41,395 nucleotides of DNA from Candidatus Saccharimonadales bacterium. GTDB taxonomy: Bacteria; Patescibacteriota; Saccharimonadia; Saccharimonadales; JBGTET01. Below are positions 6,626 through 13,876 of this stretch, piece by piece (positions within the stretch are counted from its first letter, which is position 1; every line of letters starts with the position of its first letter). Location: positions 1 to 41,395 of the forward strand of contig JBGTET010000012.1 of assembly GCA_041747695.1 (NCBI GenBank). The letters are read 5' to 3'. The notes under the pieces are model-generated. The model saw only the letters and a list, made by a program, of their open reading frames with translations, made no database searches and was not told where the DNA came from. The translations under genes and the position numbers were made by a program.

Positions 6626-7513
6626 CTACTTTACAGATACCCCAAGGCTCTGAGCCTGGGCTGCAAAAGATTCGATTGCCTGTTTATTATCTTTCATCCC
6701 GAAGCTATACTTTAATACCGTTCCATCCTTCAGGTTTATGAACACACCTGCGTTAAAAAAGCGTTGCTTCTTTTCAATACCAGCAATACTTGCAAATGGT
6801 ATCGCAAAGTTATAATGACTATCTGCTACATCTTTCAGTTTGTATTGTCTAAGGCCCTCTATTAAGTGCGGCCACTTACTAGCATTCATCATAAAAAGTT
6901 CATCATGCTCTTCACGCGCTGTGTCTTTTATCGTATCTAAACCAGCAAAAGCAGTAAGTACGTTGCCCCCTTCAGTCACGTTATTGAAATCAACTTGAGT
7001 AAAAGTCATACAGATTAGTCGCTTGTTTGTAAGCATCAATGTATTTTCTGCACCCGACACAAATTCCGTAACGCCTAAGCTTATTCCTTGGCCCTTCATG
7101 TCCCCTCGGGTTACAGGCCCTGCCCAAGCCAGTATAGTTTCGCCCTCTTCTATTCCAGCGCGGCTATAGGTTTGTTGAGTTTTGACTTCTGCCATTCCTA
7201 TTGCGTCGAAGGGCTTAGAAGGTGTTGGCTGTAAATCATGTTTTCGGAATAGAGATTTCTTAGACTGCCAAATAATTAACAAATAGATTAGGCCAAAAAG
7301 TATTGAAAAGGCTAATAAAGGCCACGTATTTGTATCTGCAGCAAACAGATATATTCCGAGGCTGATAAATCCTAGGACAAATAACCCCATAATAAAGCCT
7401 GAAATAACTGTGCGTATTTTTTGGTAAGTAGTAGCGACTTTATAAAGTTCTCTTTGTTGTTCGGTTGGCTGTGGAGGTATATAGTCTGTTTTTTGTTTTT
7501 CTTCAGGGTTCAT
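6626..7513 (-). CDS. membrane protein with C-terminal bacterial PH-like domain
   Basis: Two TM helices (VISGFIMGLFVLGFISLGIYLF, LLAFSILFGLIYLLII), then GETILAWAGPV...LMLTNKRLICMTF, typical of bPH/YokE-like domains. Confidence 0.55.
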   Translation of the reverse strand: MNPEEKQKTDYIPPQPTEQQRELYKVATTYQKIRTVISGFIMGLFVLGFISLGIYLFAADTNTWPLLAFSILFGLIYLLIIWQSKKSLFRKHDLQPTPSKPFDAIGMAEVKTQQTYSRAGIEEGETILAWAGPVTRGDMKGQGISLGVTEFVSGAENTLMLTNKRLICMTFTQVDFNNVTEGGNVLTAFAGLDTIKDTAREEHDELFMMNASKWPHLIEGLRQYKLKDVADSHYNFAIPFASIAGIEKKQRFFNAGVFINLKDGTVLKYSFGMKDNKQAIESFAAQAQSLGVSVK

Positions 7514-7519
7514 ATGTAG

Positions 7520-7528
7520 AGTATATCA
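7520..7528 (-). promoter_or_regulatory. extended -10 (TGATATACT) 6 nt upstream of the ATG at 7513; leaderless
   Basis: The minus strand reads GAGCTGATATACT-CTACAT-ATG. Confidence 0.55.
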
Positions 7529-7535
7529 GCTCAGA

Positions 7536-7880
7536 CTACTTACGTTGTAGGTATTCAATCTTGTTGCCGTCAGGATCTAAAATGCTGAATTCTGTACCCC
7601 ATGATTGCTCTGTCAGTTCCTTTAGAATATTGAGACCTTTATCTTTGGCTGTCGCATACTCCTTCTGAGCATCAACCACGCCAATAAAAAGTGTCTGTGC
7701 CCCTGGTTTTTCTCGTTCTTCTACAGCTTTTTTAATTCCAAGTCTCACGTCATTACCAAATTTAAAGGACACATACTTTTCCTCTTGTTGGTACTCAAGC
7801 TCGAGACCAATTTTGTTTGCATAAAAATCAACAATTGTAGGAATGTCATTGGTGTAAAAAACTACGCTATCTAGATTCAT
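7536..7880 (-). CDS. VOC/glyoxalase-bleomycin resistance family protein
   Basis: 114 aa. FYTNDIPTIVDFYANKIGLEL...FSILDPDGNKIE is the typical paired beta-alpha-beta-beta-beta VOC signature. Confidence 0.75.
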   Translation of the reverse strand: MNLDSVVFYTNDIPTIVDFYANKIGLELEYQQEEKYVSFKFGNDVRLGIKKAVEEREKPGAQTLFIGVVDAQKEYATAKDKGLNILKELTEQSWGTEFSILDPDGNKIEYLQRK

Positions 7881-7887
7881 GTCTGAA

Positions 7888-7896
7888 ATTATAACA
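7888..7896 (-). promoter_or_regulatory. extended -10 (TGTTATAAT) 7 nt upstream of the ATG at 7880; leaderless
   Basis: The minus strand reads TGTTATAAT-TTCAGAC-ATG. Confidence 0.5.
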
Positions 7897-7903
7897 TTTA
7901 GTA

Positions 7904-7943
7904 ATGCTTACGCTTGCTGGACCACACTGGATCGTTTTGGAGC
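7904..7943. repeat. 40-nt intergenic repeat, copy A (resembles a tRNA 3' end plus flank)
   Basis: ATGCTTACGCTTGCTGGACCACACTGGATCGTTTTGGAGC matches copy B (8761-8800) at 36/40 positions. Its first 17 nt match 9470-9486 (flank plus 3' end of the tRNA at 9481-9556) at 15/17. Confidence 0.7.
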
Positions 7944-7949
7944 TATCTC

Positions 7950-8738
7950 TTAATTTTTGCGCAACACCCAAATCATAAAGGCTGGCACCCTTGAAAGCTG
8001 TCTATAACGTCCCTCGTTAGTGGATTTCATTTCTTCTACGGGTTGTGGTTCAACAACTTTAACAACCTCGAAACCTGACTCAAGAATCTGCTGGATCATA
8101 ACAGAAAATGTATGATGGAAAACAGTAACTTCAACTTCTCCAAGGACGCCTTTCACAGGTTTCGTGCCCTTGCCATCCTTAGCCAAGTAGTCTCCAAATA
8201 TTATTCTTTCACCAGTATTATCATTAACTCGTCTGCCAATTCTGGCAAACCTATACTTACCCTCTTTGTCGTACTGCATAGCGCTGTCGATCGGGTGTCC
8301 ACATGAAAATACGTACAATGAACCAGGTTTAATAACTCGATGTGCTTCCTTTAGGGATTGCGTCCAGTCGTCAACGTAATGAATAGCCAAACTGGAGTAT
8401 GCCAGATCGAAACTATTATCAGGAAAATCTAGTTTTTCCATGTCCATTACGTGAACTTCAATGTTCGGAAATTTAGATTCCGCAATCTTAATTAGCCCTT
8501 CAGATATATCAACACCAACTACGGAACTAGCTCCATTTTGCAAAAGCCAGTTTGCGTCGTGTCCGCTACCGCAGCCTATAGAAATAACACTTAGTCCGTC
8601 AAGCTTAGGTAATTCAGCTCTGATTGCAGGTTTTTCATATAGTGCATGAAATGTGTTTTTTGATGAATCTACTAGGTGCTCGTCATAATCTTTTGCATTC
8701 TGATTGTAACTGTTTATCGTACCCTGATCCGTTGCCAT
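7950..8738 (-). CDS. class I SAM-dependent methyltransferase
   Basis: VISIGCGSGHD (motif I), VVGVDIS, and LAYSSLAIHYV. I prefer the ATG at 8738 over the TTG at 8741 because TATACT lies 6 nt upstream. Confidence 0.85.
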   Translation of the reverse strand: MATDQGTINSYNQNAKDYDEHLVDSSKNTFHALYEKPAIRAELPKLDGLSVISIGCGSGHDANWLLQNGASSVVGVDISEGLIKIAESKFPNIEVHVMDMEKLDFPDNSFDLAYSSLAIHYVDDWTQSLKEAHRVIKPGSLYVFSCGHPIDSAMQYDKEGKYRFARIGRRVNDNTGERIIFGDYLAKDGKGTKPVKGVLGEVEVTVFHHTFSVMIQQILESGFEVVKVVEPQPVEEMKSTNEGRYRQLSRVPAFMIWVLRKN

Positions 8739-8744
8739 CAAACA

Positions 8745-8753
8745 AGTATATCA
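8745..8753 (-). promoter_or_regulatory. extended -10 (TGATATACT) 6 nt upstream of the ATG at 8738; leaderless
   Basis: The minus strand reads AAGCTGATATACT-TGTTTG-ATG. Confidence 0.55.
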
Positions 8754-8760
8754 GCTTATT

Positions 8761-8800
8761 ATGTTTACGCTTGGTGGACCACACTGGATCATTTTGGAAC
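8761..8800. repeat. 40-nt intergenic repeat, copy B (resembles a tRNA 3' end plus flank)
   Basis: ATGTTTACGCTTGGTGGACCACACTGGATCATTTTGGAAC. See copy A. Confidence 0.7.
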
Positions 8801-8807
8801 CAGCTAA

Positions 8808-9416
8808 CTAACTTGAAAGTTTTATACTTTCAACGATAGATTCAAAGTCATCGAGTAGAGCATCGTTTATACTTGCCGAGGCTGAATTTGTGTAATAGAA
8901 GTTATATCTATAGCCATCAACTGTTTCTTTCTCTTGATTGTCATCTTGTTTCAGAAATGCTCGGAATTCCTGGTTGTCCAAATCGCAAAATCCTTCATCC
9001 TCGCTACAAACAGTTTTGTTTGACGATGTAACTGTAAATGCATCTCCTTGATTATTAACCTGATACCGCCAAGAAATATCGGACATCACACCCCTGCCTC
9101 CTCCTGGTTCAACTTGCACCTCAACTGTATGTGTGCCGTTTTCATAAACATAGTACTTACCAGTGGCTTGACCAATTTCTCCTTTTACCTCCTTTAACAA
9201 CCAGCCATCAGGTAGATCGACTGTGAACAGTTCTTCATCACTGTTTTCTTCTTCAACAACTTCCTCGTTTTGGACTTGTGTTGTTTGTGTCACTGGCTGT
9301 GGAGTTTCTTCTTTTTGAGTTGTTCGCCAATATATAAAGCCGCCTACAGCCAACACTAAAACTAATACAATAATGAATATCGGGTCGATTACGCCCTTTT
9401 GATTTCTTTTGAACAT
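8808..9416 (-). CDS. membrane-anchored extracytoplasmic protein (paralog B)
   Basis: The N-terminus MFKRNQKGVIDPIFIIVLVLVLAVGGFIYWRTT and the upstream leader are near-identical to those of 5951-6520. The C-terminal domain differs. Confidence 0.65.
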   Translation of the reverse strand: MFKRNQKGVIDPIFIIVLVLVLAVGGFIYWRTTQKEETPQPVTQTTQVQNEEVVEEENSDEELFTVDLPDGWLLKEVKGEIGQATGKYYVYENGTHTVEVQVEPGGGRGVMSDISWRYQVNNQGDAFTVTSSNKTVCSEDEGFCDLDNQEFRAFLKQDDNQEKETVDGYRYNFYYTNSASASINDALLDDFESIVESIKLSS

Positions 9417-9480
9417 AGAGATTATTCCTTTTATATATGTTAGTAGTAATTGTATCAGATAGTTTTGAAATGCTTATGCT

Positions 9481-9556
9481 TGGTGGGGCAGGTTGGATTT
9501 GAACCAACGGCCAATCAGTTATGAGCCGACTGCTCTAACCACTGAGCTACTGCCCC
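9481..9556 (-). tRNA. tRNA with CAT anticodon (elongator Met, or Ile2 if lysidine-modified)
   Basis: Hand-folded 76-nt cloverleaf: GGGGCAG-TA-GCTC-AGTGGTTA-GAGC-A-GTCGG-CTCATAA-CTGAT-TGGCC-GTTGG-TTCAAAT-CCAAC-CTGCCCC-A-CCA. It lacks the three G:C pairs of initiator tRNAs. Confidence 0.85.
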
Positions 9557-9600
9557 ATGTCCACCAATGGTATAATAAAGGTATAACTTAAGAAACAAAA

Positions 9601-9993
9601 ATGAATTTAAACCCTCGTAAAATACTCGAATCCGCGCAACTCAGTACAATTATCGCTGGCGTTATCGCTTTGTCGCTAATTTGGAGCACGATAAAGACTA
9701 TTCAGAAAAATTATCAGTTGCAAGGTCAAGTTGATTCCCTCGAGGAAGAAATATCAATTCTGGAGCTAGAAAACGAGAATCTTAAGCTTGGTATTGAGTA
9801 CTACAAAACCGACACATACTTAGAATTAGAGGCTCGTCAGAAGTTTAACAAGGCAGGCGCCAACGAAAGTGTCTTACTTTTGCCAAAAGATGGGGACGGA
9901 CCTGACGCAAATCAGAATGGTCAAGAAGAAGACTCTGAACCCTCCAATTTTCAGCAATGGAAGTACTTCCTTTTTGGCAATAGCGCCGATTGA
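9601..9993 (+). CDS. septum formation initiator family protein (FtsB/DivIC-like)
   Basis: An N-terminal TM helix, then the coiled coil LQGQVDSLEEEISILELENENLKLGIEYYKTDTYLELEARQKFN. Confidence 0.7.
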   Translation: MNLNPRKILESAQLSTIIAGVIALSLIWSTIKTIQKNYQLQGQVDSLEEEISILELENENLKLGIEYYKTDTYLELEARQKFNKAGANESVLLLPKDGDGPDANQNGQEEDSEPSNFQQWKYFLFGNSAD

Positions 9994-10046
9994 CAAGGGG
10001 TCGCTCATCTGGTAAGGTACTGGTTCAGCACCTTCCATCACATCGT

Positions 10047-10121
10047 CGCGGGGTGGAGCAGTGGCAGCTCGTTGGGCTCATAACCCAAAGGTCGTAGGTT
10101 CGAATCCTACCCCCGCTACCA
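10047..10121 (+). tRNA. initiator tRNA-fMet (CAT)
   Basis: CGCGGGG-TG-GAGC-AGTGGCA-GCTC-G-TTGGG-CTCATAA-CCCAA-AGGTC-GTAGG-TTCGAAT-CCTAC-CCCCGCT-A-CCA. It has three consecutive G:C pairs closing the anticodon stem and an unpaired 1:72 position (C:U). Confidence 0.9.
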
Positions 10122-10130
10122 AGAAAAGAG

Positions 10131-10153
10131 TCTCACTTAGGTGGGATTTTTTA
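10131..10153 (+). terminator. rho-independent terminator after tRNA-fMet
   Basis: TCTCAC-ttag-GTGGGA hairpin (one G:U pair) followed by TTTTTTATT. Confidence 0.6.
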
Positions 10154-10906
10154 TTAAGCTTGTAGTGCCTGCTGTAAGGCGTTATTTATGAATTCTAACT
10201 GTGCTAGCTCTAACTTCCTAACGCCTGCTGCACGTTCTGCCTCAATAACTGCTCTTTCGCGGTATTCATTTCCTGATAGGCCAACTACTTTGCCGCTATC
10301 GTCCCTAGTAACATCTTCATCATTGGCATATGCAGCCATTCTTTCCATTGTATCTGCTAATTGAATATGACTTTCCTGAAGTCCTTCCTGAGATTGCTCG
10401 AATACAGTGCGCATTGGGTCATTATCTGGAGTTACTGCGATGAACAAACGAGGCCTGTCGGTTTCGTCTTGCCATAAATGTTCGACCGGTCCACTAAAAA
10501 ATGTTCCTGAGACCCAAACACTAAACTGGCCTTCGACTTTAAGTGTTTTTTGCTTGAATATAAAGGTTCCACCTTGATCAACTAGATAAAAGTATAGTTG
10601 TCCTAGTTCTGCTAACTCCTCATCGCTCACGCATCCTTCTTCATCATGCTTTTGTACCATTCTAAGTATCTCTAGAAGTATTGCTTTTTCTTGTGTTTGG
10701 TCAGGTAGGGCGGACTCCGCTGCGCTAGCTAAGTGATATAGGTCCGTCACTTTGCCTTGTAATTCCTGCTCGTTTTTGAGGCTATTGAGGTCAAGTGAAA
10801 ATACTACACCACGACAAACATCTGTATGTTGGTTGACATATAGATAGCGAGTGGCAGGCCTATCTGGACCGCGCTGTCCCGTAGCCCCTTGAACACGCAG
10901 CTCCAA
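10154..10906 (-). CDS. hypothetical protein
   Basis: 250-aa ORF with a TTG start as listed; the first in-frame ATG is far downstream, so the start is uncertain. I recognise no motif. Its codons look more G+C-rich than those of its neighbours. Confidence 0.5.
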   Translation of the reverse strand: MELRVQGATGQRGPDRPATRYLYVNQHTDVCRGVVFSLDLNSLKNEQELQGKVTDLYHLASAAESALPDQTQEKAILLEILRMVQKHDEEGCVSDEELAELGQLYFYLVDQGGTFIFKQKTLKVEGQFSVWVSGTFFSGPVEHLWQDETDRPRLFIAVTPDNDPMRTVFEQSQEGLQESHIQLADTMERMAAYANDEDVTRDDSGKVVGLSGNEYRERAVIEAERAAGVRKLELAQLEFINNALQQALQA

Positions 10907-10929
10907 GTAGTAGCCATCCCCAAGACTAC

Positions 10930-11043
10930 TTACGTAACGTTTTGGATAAGCTGGATATTATTTGCATCTTCTAATACAGCGTCAACTTTTACAGCAATCT
11001 CATTTGCTAGCACCTCTTCTGGTGTCGCTTGATTACGCTCCAT
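10930..11043 (-). CDS. possible small acidic protein (37 aa)
   Basis: Hand-translated as MERNQATPEEVLANEIAVKVDAVLEDANNIQLIQNVT*. It lies just upstream of 10154-10906 on the same strand and is below the ORF-track size cutoff. Confidence 0.25.
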   Translation of the reverse strand: MERNQATPEEVLANEIAVKVDAVLEDANNIQLIQNVT

Positions 11044-11163
11044 ATAATTATCATGTCACTACTGAACTGTATGTCAAAGCGTAAGCGTAGTAGTTTATTC
11101 CGCTTAAGCTTGTCATTTTTTACCAGAGGCGTATAAGTATACCCAACTAATTGAGCCATTTTA

Positions 11164-11703
11164 ATGGGCGAATATGTTGATCAGTTTCATCTAGAGCGGT
11201 TATTGCCGAACCCTGAGTTTGGGCAGTTTGATGATGCCTTAAATCGAGGAGCAAAAGTAACCATCCGCAAAACCCCTACACAATTAAGGACTGTGCTAAT
11301 CACTGGTCCGTATGATGAAACCTGGGCCTACGGCGAGCATCCTCATGTTGATCAAGCTCTAGCGCATGCCGCAATAGATTATAGAATGGGTCACATCGAA
11401 GACGCGTACCGTATTGGAGGCATCCATTATCCTTTTTTGTTTGGAAGTACTGGGGCTACATCAGTCTTAGACTCGTATTTACTTAGAGATTGCGCAGTAA
11501 GCGCGAGTGCCGAAGACGACGGGGTAGTCACATGCGAACTAGCGGGTTACATGCCAGCCCCAGGCGAAGACCTAGATGCTGGCATTAGATTTATTCAAAC
11601 AGCGGAAGCTGAGTGTTTTGCTGATGCAGTTGCCGCTGTGCTGATAGCTCCTAAGCAATTCGACCTCAACGACGACGATTTGCTTGTTGCGAGCAATGCC
11701 TAA
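11164..11703 (+). CDS. hypothetical protein
   Basis: 179-aa ORF with no recognisable motif. Divergent from 10154-10906. Confidence 0.5.
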   Translation: MGEYVDQFHLERLLPNPEFGQFDDALNRGAKVTIRKTPTQLRTVLITGPYDETWAYGEHPHVDQALAHAAIDYRMGHIEDAYRIGGIHYPFLFGSTGATSVLDSYLLRDCAVSASAEDDGVVTCELAGYMPAPGEDLDAGIRFIQTAEAECFADAVAAVLIAPKQFDLNDDDLLVASNA

Positions 11704-11730
11704 ATCTACTTAGTTTGATATGATATTTAC

Positions 11731-11786
11731 ATGAAAACATACTTAGTAACCGGAGTTTCTGGGGGCTTGGGCAATGCAGTTGCCAA
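11731..11786 (+). pseudogene. short-chain dehydrogenase/reductase (SDR), N-terminal fragment cut by a transposon
   Basis: MKTYLVTGVSGGLGNAVAK carries the TGxxxGxG dinucleotide-binding motif. The frame then runs into IR-L and stops at 11809-11811. Confidence 0.85.
11779..11786. repeat. 8-bp target-site duplication, left copy (GTTGCCAA)
   Basis: Identical to 17316-17323 and directly abuts IR-L. Confidence 0.85.
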
Positions 11787-11811
11787 AGAACTAATATACT
11801 TGACTAATCAA
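11787..11811. repeat. terminal inverted repeat IR-L
   Basis: AGAACTAATATACTTGACTAATCAA. Its reverse complement, TTGATTAGTCAAGTATATTAGTTCT, matches IR-R at 23/25. Confidence 0.85.
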
Positions 11812-11819
11812 TAACAGAG

Positions 11820-12731
11820 ATGTACACTGTATATATGAGGTATCCAACCACCCTTATTGAAGCAGTCCGTTACTTCTCTAAAACAGAGGTATGTATTGAA
11901 TACATGGCATCTCTACGGTGGCCAAACGGTGCTATTTGCCCAACCTGTGGTCGTATAGACGTTAGTTATCTCAAAAGCCAGCAACGCTACCAATGCAAGT
12001 CTCGCCACCCCAAAAGGCAGTTCTCAGTTAAAGTCGGCACAATCTTTGAAGATAGCCCACTCGGTCTAGATAAATGGCTACCTGCCGTCTGGATGATCAT
12101 AAACGCTAAGAATGGCGTCAGCTCCTACGAGATAGCCCGTGCATTAGGCGTAACCCAAAAGACAGCTTGGTTCATGGATCACCGTATCCGTGCTGCTATG
12201 GCTTACGGTGGCTTTGACAAGCTAGATGACCCAGTAGAGGCTGACGAAACCTACATAGGTGGTAAATCTAATCCTGATGAACGTTGGAAGAATAAATCAG
12301 CAGTTGTTGGCATAGTTGAGAAGAAAAAGGAAGTCGGTCAAATCAGAGCCTTTGCTACTAAACATGCTGACGCGACAAATACCATGCCGTTCCTCAAAGC
12401 TACGCTAAACGAAGGTGCTGTATTGCACACGGACGAAAGCCGAATTTACACACGTGCTAAATGGCTGTTTATCCATGATTCGGTAAATCATAGCCAGGGT
12501 GAATATGCTCGTGGCTTAGTGTCCACTACAACCATAGATGGCTTCTGGAACTTAATGAAACGGTCAATTAAAGGCACTTACACGCATGTTTCAGGTAATC
12601 ATTTAGGCAGATATGTAGACGAGCACACCTACCGCTACAATACCCGCATGCTCAAGGACGGTGAGAGGTTTAATCAGTGGTTTGGGAACTGTAACAGGCG
12701 GCTTATGTATAAGACTTTGGTTAATAAATAG
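11820..12731 (+). CDS. IS1595-family transposase (N-terminal zinc ribbon plus ISXO2-like DDE domain)
   Basis: LRWPNGAICPTCG...YQCKSRHPKRQFSVKVGTIFEDSPL, KWLPAVWMIINAKNGVSSYEIARALGVTQKTAWFMDHRIR, ADETYIGG, and LHTDESRIY. Confidence 0.85.
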   Translation: MYTVYMRYPTTLIEAVRYFSKTEVCIEYMASLRWPNGAICPTCGRIDVSYLKSQQRYQCKSRHPKRQFSVKVGTIFEDSPLGLDKWLPAVWMIINAKNGVSSYEIARALGVTQKTAWFMDHRIRAAMAYGGFDKLDDPVEADETYIGGKSNPDERWKNKSAVVGIVEKKKEVGQIRAFATKHADATNTMPFLKATLNEGAVLHTDESRIYTRAKWLFIHDSVNHSQGEYARGLVSTTTIDGFWNLMKRSIKGTYTHVSGNHLGRYVDEHTYRYNTRMLKDGERFNQWFGNCNRRLMYKTLVNK

Positions 12732-12851
12732 ACAGTTTTAATTTATACCCCCACGAGCGGAGGTCTAAATACTGCTTGTGTCTATCTGTTAGCGTTCGGA
12801 TATAGTGGTACCTACCTTTATACATATAGGGAGTAGGAGGGTTTGGCTTAA

Positions 12852-13700
12852 ATGAAGACACTAGATCTACCGAAAATAACCTACAGACAAAAAGAGATTA
12901 TTGATCTTATATATAAACATAGATACTTAACTAGAATACAGTTGCAAGCATTCCTAAAACATAAAGACAAAAAGAATACCTACCTATGGCTTAAAGACTT
13001 GAGAAGCAAAGGCTATATAGATTGGATATATAACAAAGCTAGCTTTATAGATAAAAGTACACCAGCTATTTATTACCTTTCCAAGAACGCCATAAACCGT
13101 TATCGCTACTGGGGCGTGCATGATGAAGCAGAGCTGCATAAACGCTACAAAGACAAGGATCGTAGCCGTAGCTTTGTTGATCGCTGTTTGCTCCTAGCTG
13201 ACATTGGTGTAACCTTACACAGCTTTGATGAAACAAAAGATCATATACGTACCTGCTACTACTATGAAACAGAAGCAGATTATCTTGGAGCTGGTATGTA
13301 CCACTTCCTTGTCGAAAGTGAATACATTCGTCCTAATCTCTGTTTCACCAAATTACATGACGATGGCTTGAATGAAATGGAAGTTATTGAAAGCTATCTA
13401 CTGGAAATCTTTGACAGCGAACTGCCACAGTACCGTATGCGCTACCGACTTAAACAATATGTCACCTACATGGATGAAGAGCTTGGTATCTGGGAAGACG
13501 AAACATTTAACGATCCAAAACCCATTATCTTATTTGTTTGCACAAAACTTACTGATTTGATCTACGCCAAACGACGAACACGAGGACTGATAGCAGACAT
13601 CTGGGAAAAGGATGATGAGGAACGACCGCATATACGCTTTACTACTGCTGAGAAGCTCAAGGAGCATGGTGTTATGGGGAAGATTTGGGAGGAAGCGTAG
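12852..13700 (+). CDS. replication-relaxation family-like protein (winged-helix N-terminus)
   Basis: ITYRQKEIIDLIYKHRYLTRIQLQAFL resembles the N-terminal signature of Replic_Relax proteins from plasmids and ICEs. GGAGG Shine-Dalgarno sequence upstream. Assigned from memory of the family only. Confidence 0.45.
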   Translation: MKTLDLPKITYRQKEIIDLIYKHRYLTRIQLQAFLKHKDKKNTYLWLKDLRSKGYIDWIYNKASFIDKSTPAIYYLSKNAINRYRYWGVHDEAELHKRYKDKDRSRSFVDRCLLLADIGVTLHSFDETKDHIRTCYYYETEADYLGAGMYHFLVESEYIRPNLCFTKLHDDGLNEMEVIESYLLEIFDSELPQYRMRYRLKQYVTYMDEELGIWEDETFNDPKPIILFVCTKLTDLIYAKRRTRGLIADIWEKDDEERPHIRFTTAEKLKEHGVMGKIWEEA

Positions 13701-13876
13701 TACATATTTTAGTTCGTCTCCCTTATGGCCCTCCATTCCTGTAATGCCTTGACTGTGGGTTACTTTGCGACAACGAAGAGCTAACAAAAAAGAGCGATGA
13801 TTTCTGCAGAGAGTATAATACGTGTGGTTCGGATATCTCAAAGCATTCTCTTGAAGCTAATAAAGCAACAACGAGT

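Noticed and set aside
12776-12797. Possible degenerate internal inverted repeat (TCTATCTGTTAGCGTTC versus the IR-R end GTATGTTAGTTCT) just after the transposase gene.
   Set aside because: Only a short gapped similarity, not distinguishable from chance by eye. It is mentioned as a check under the transposon finding.
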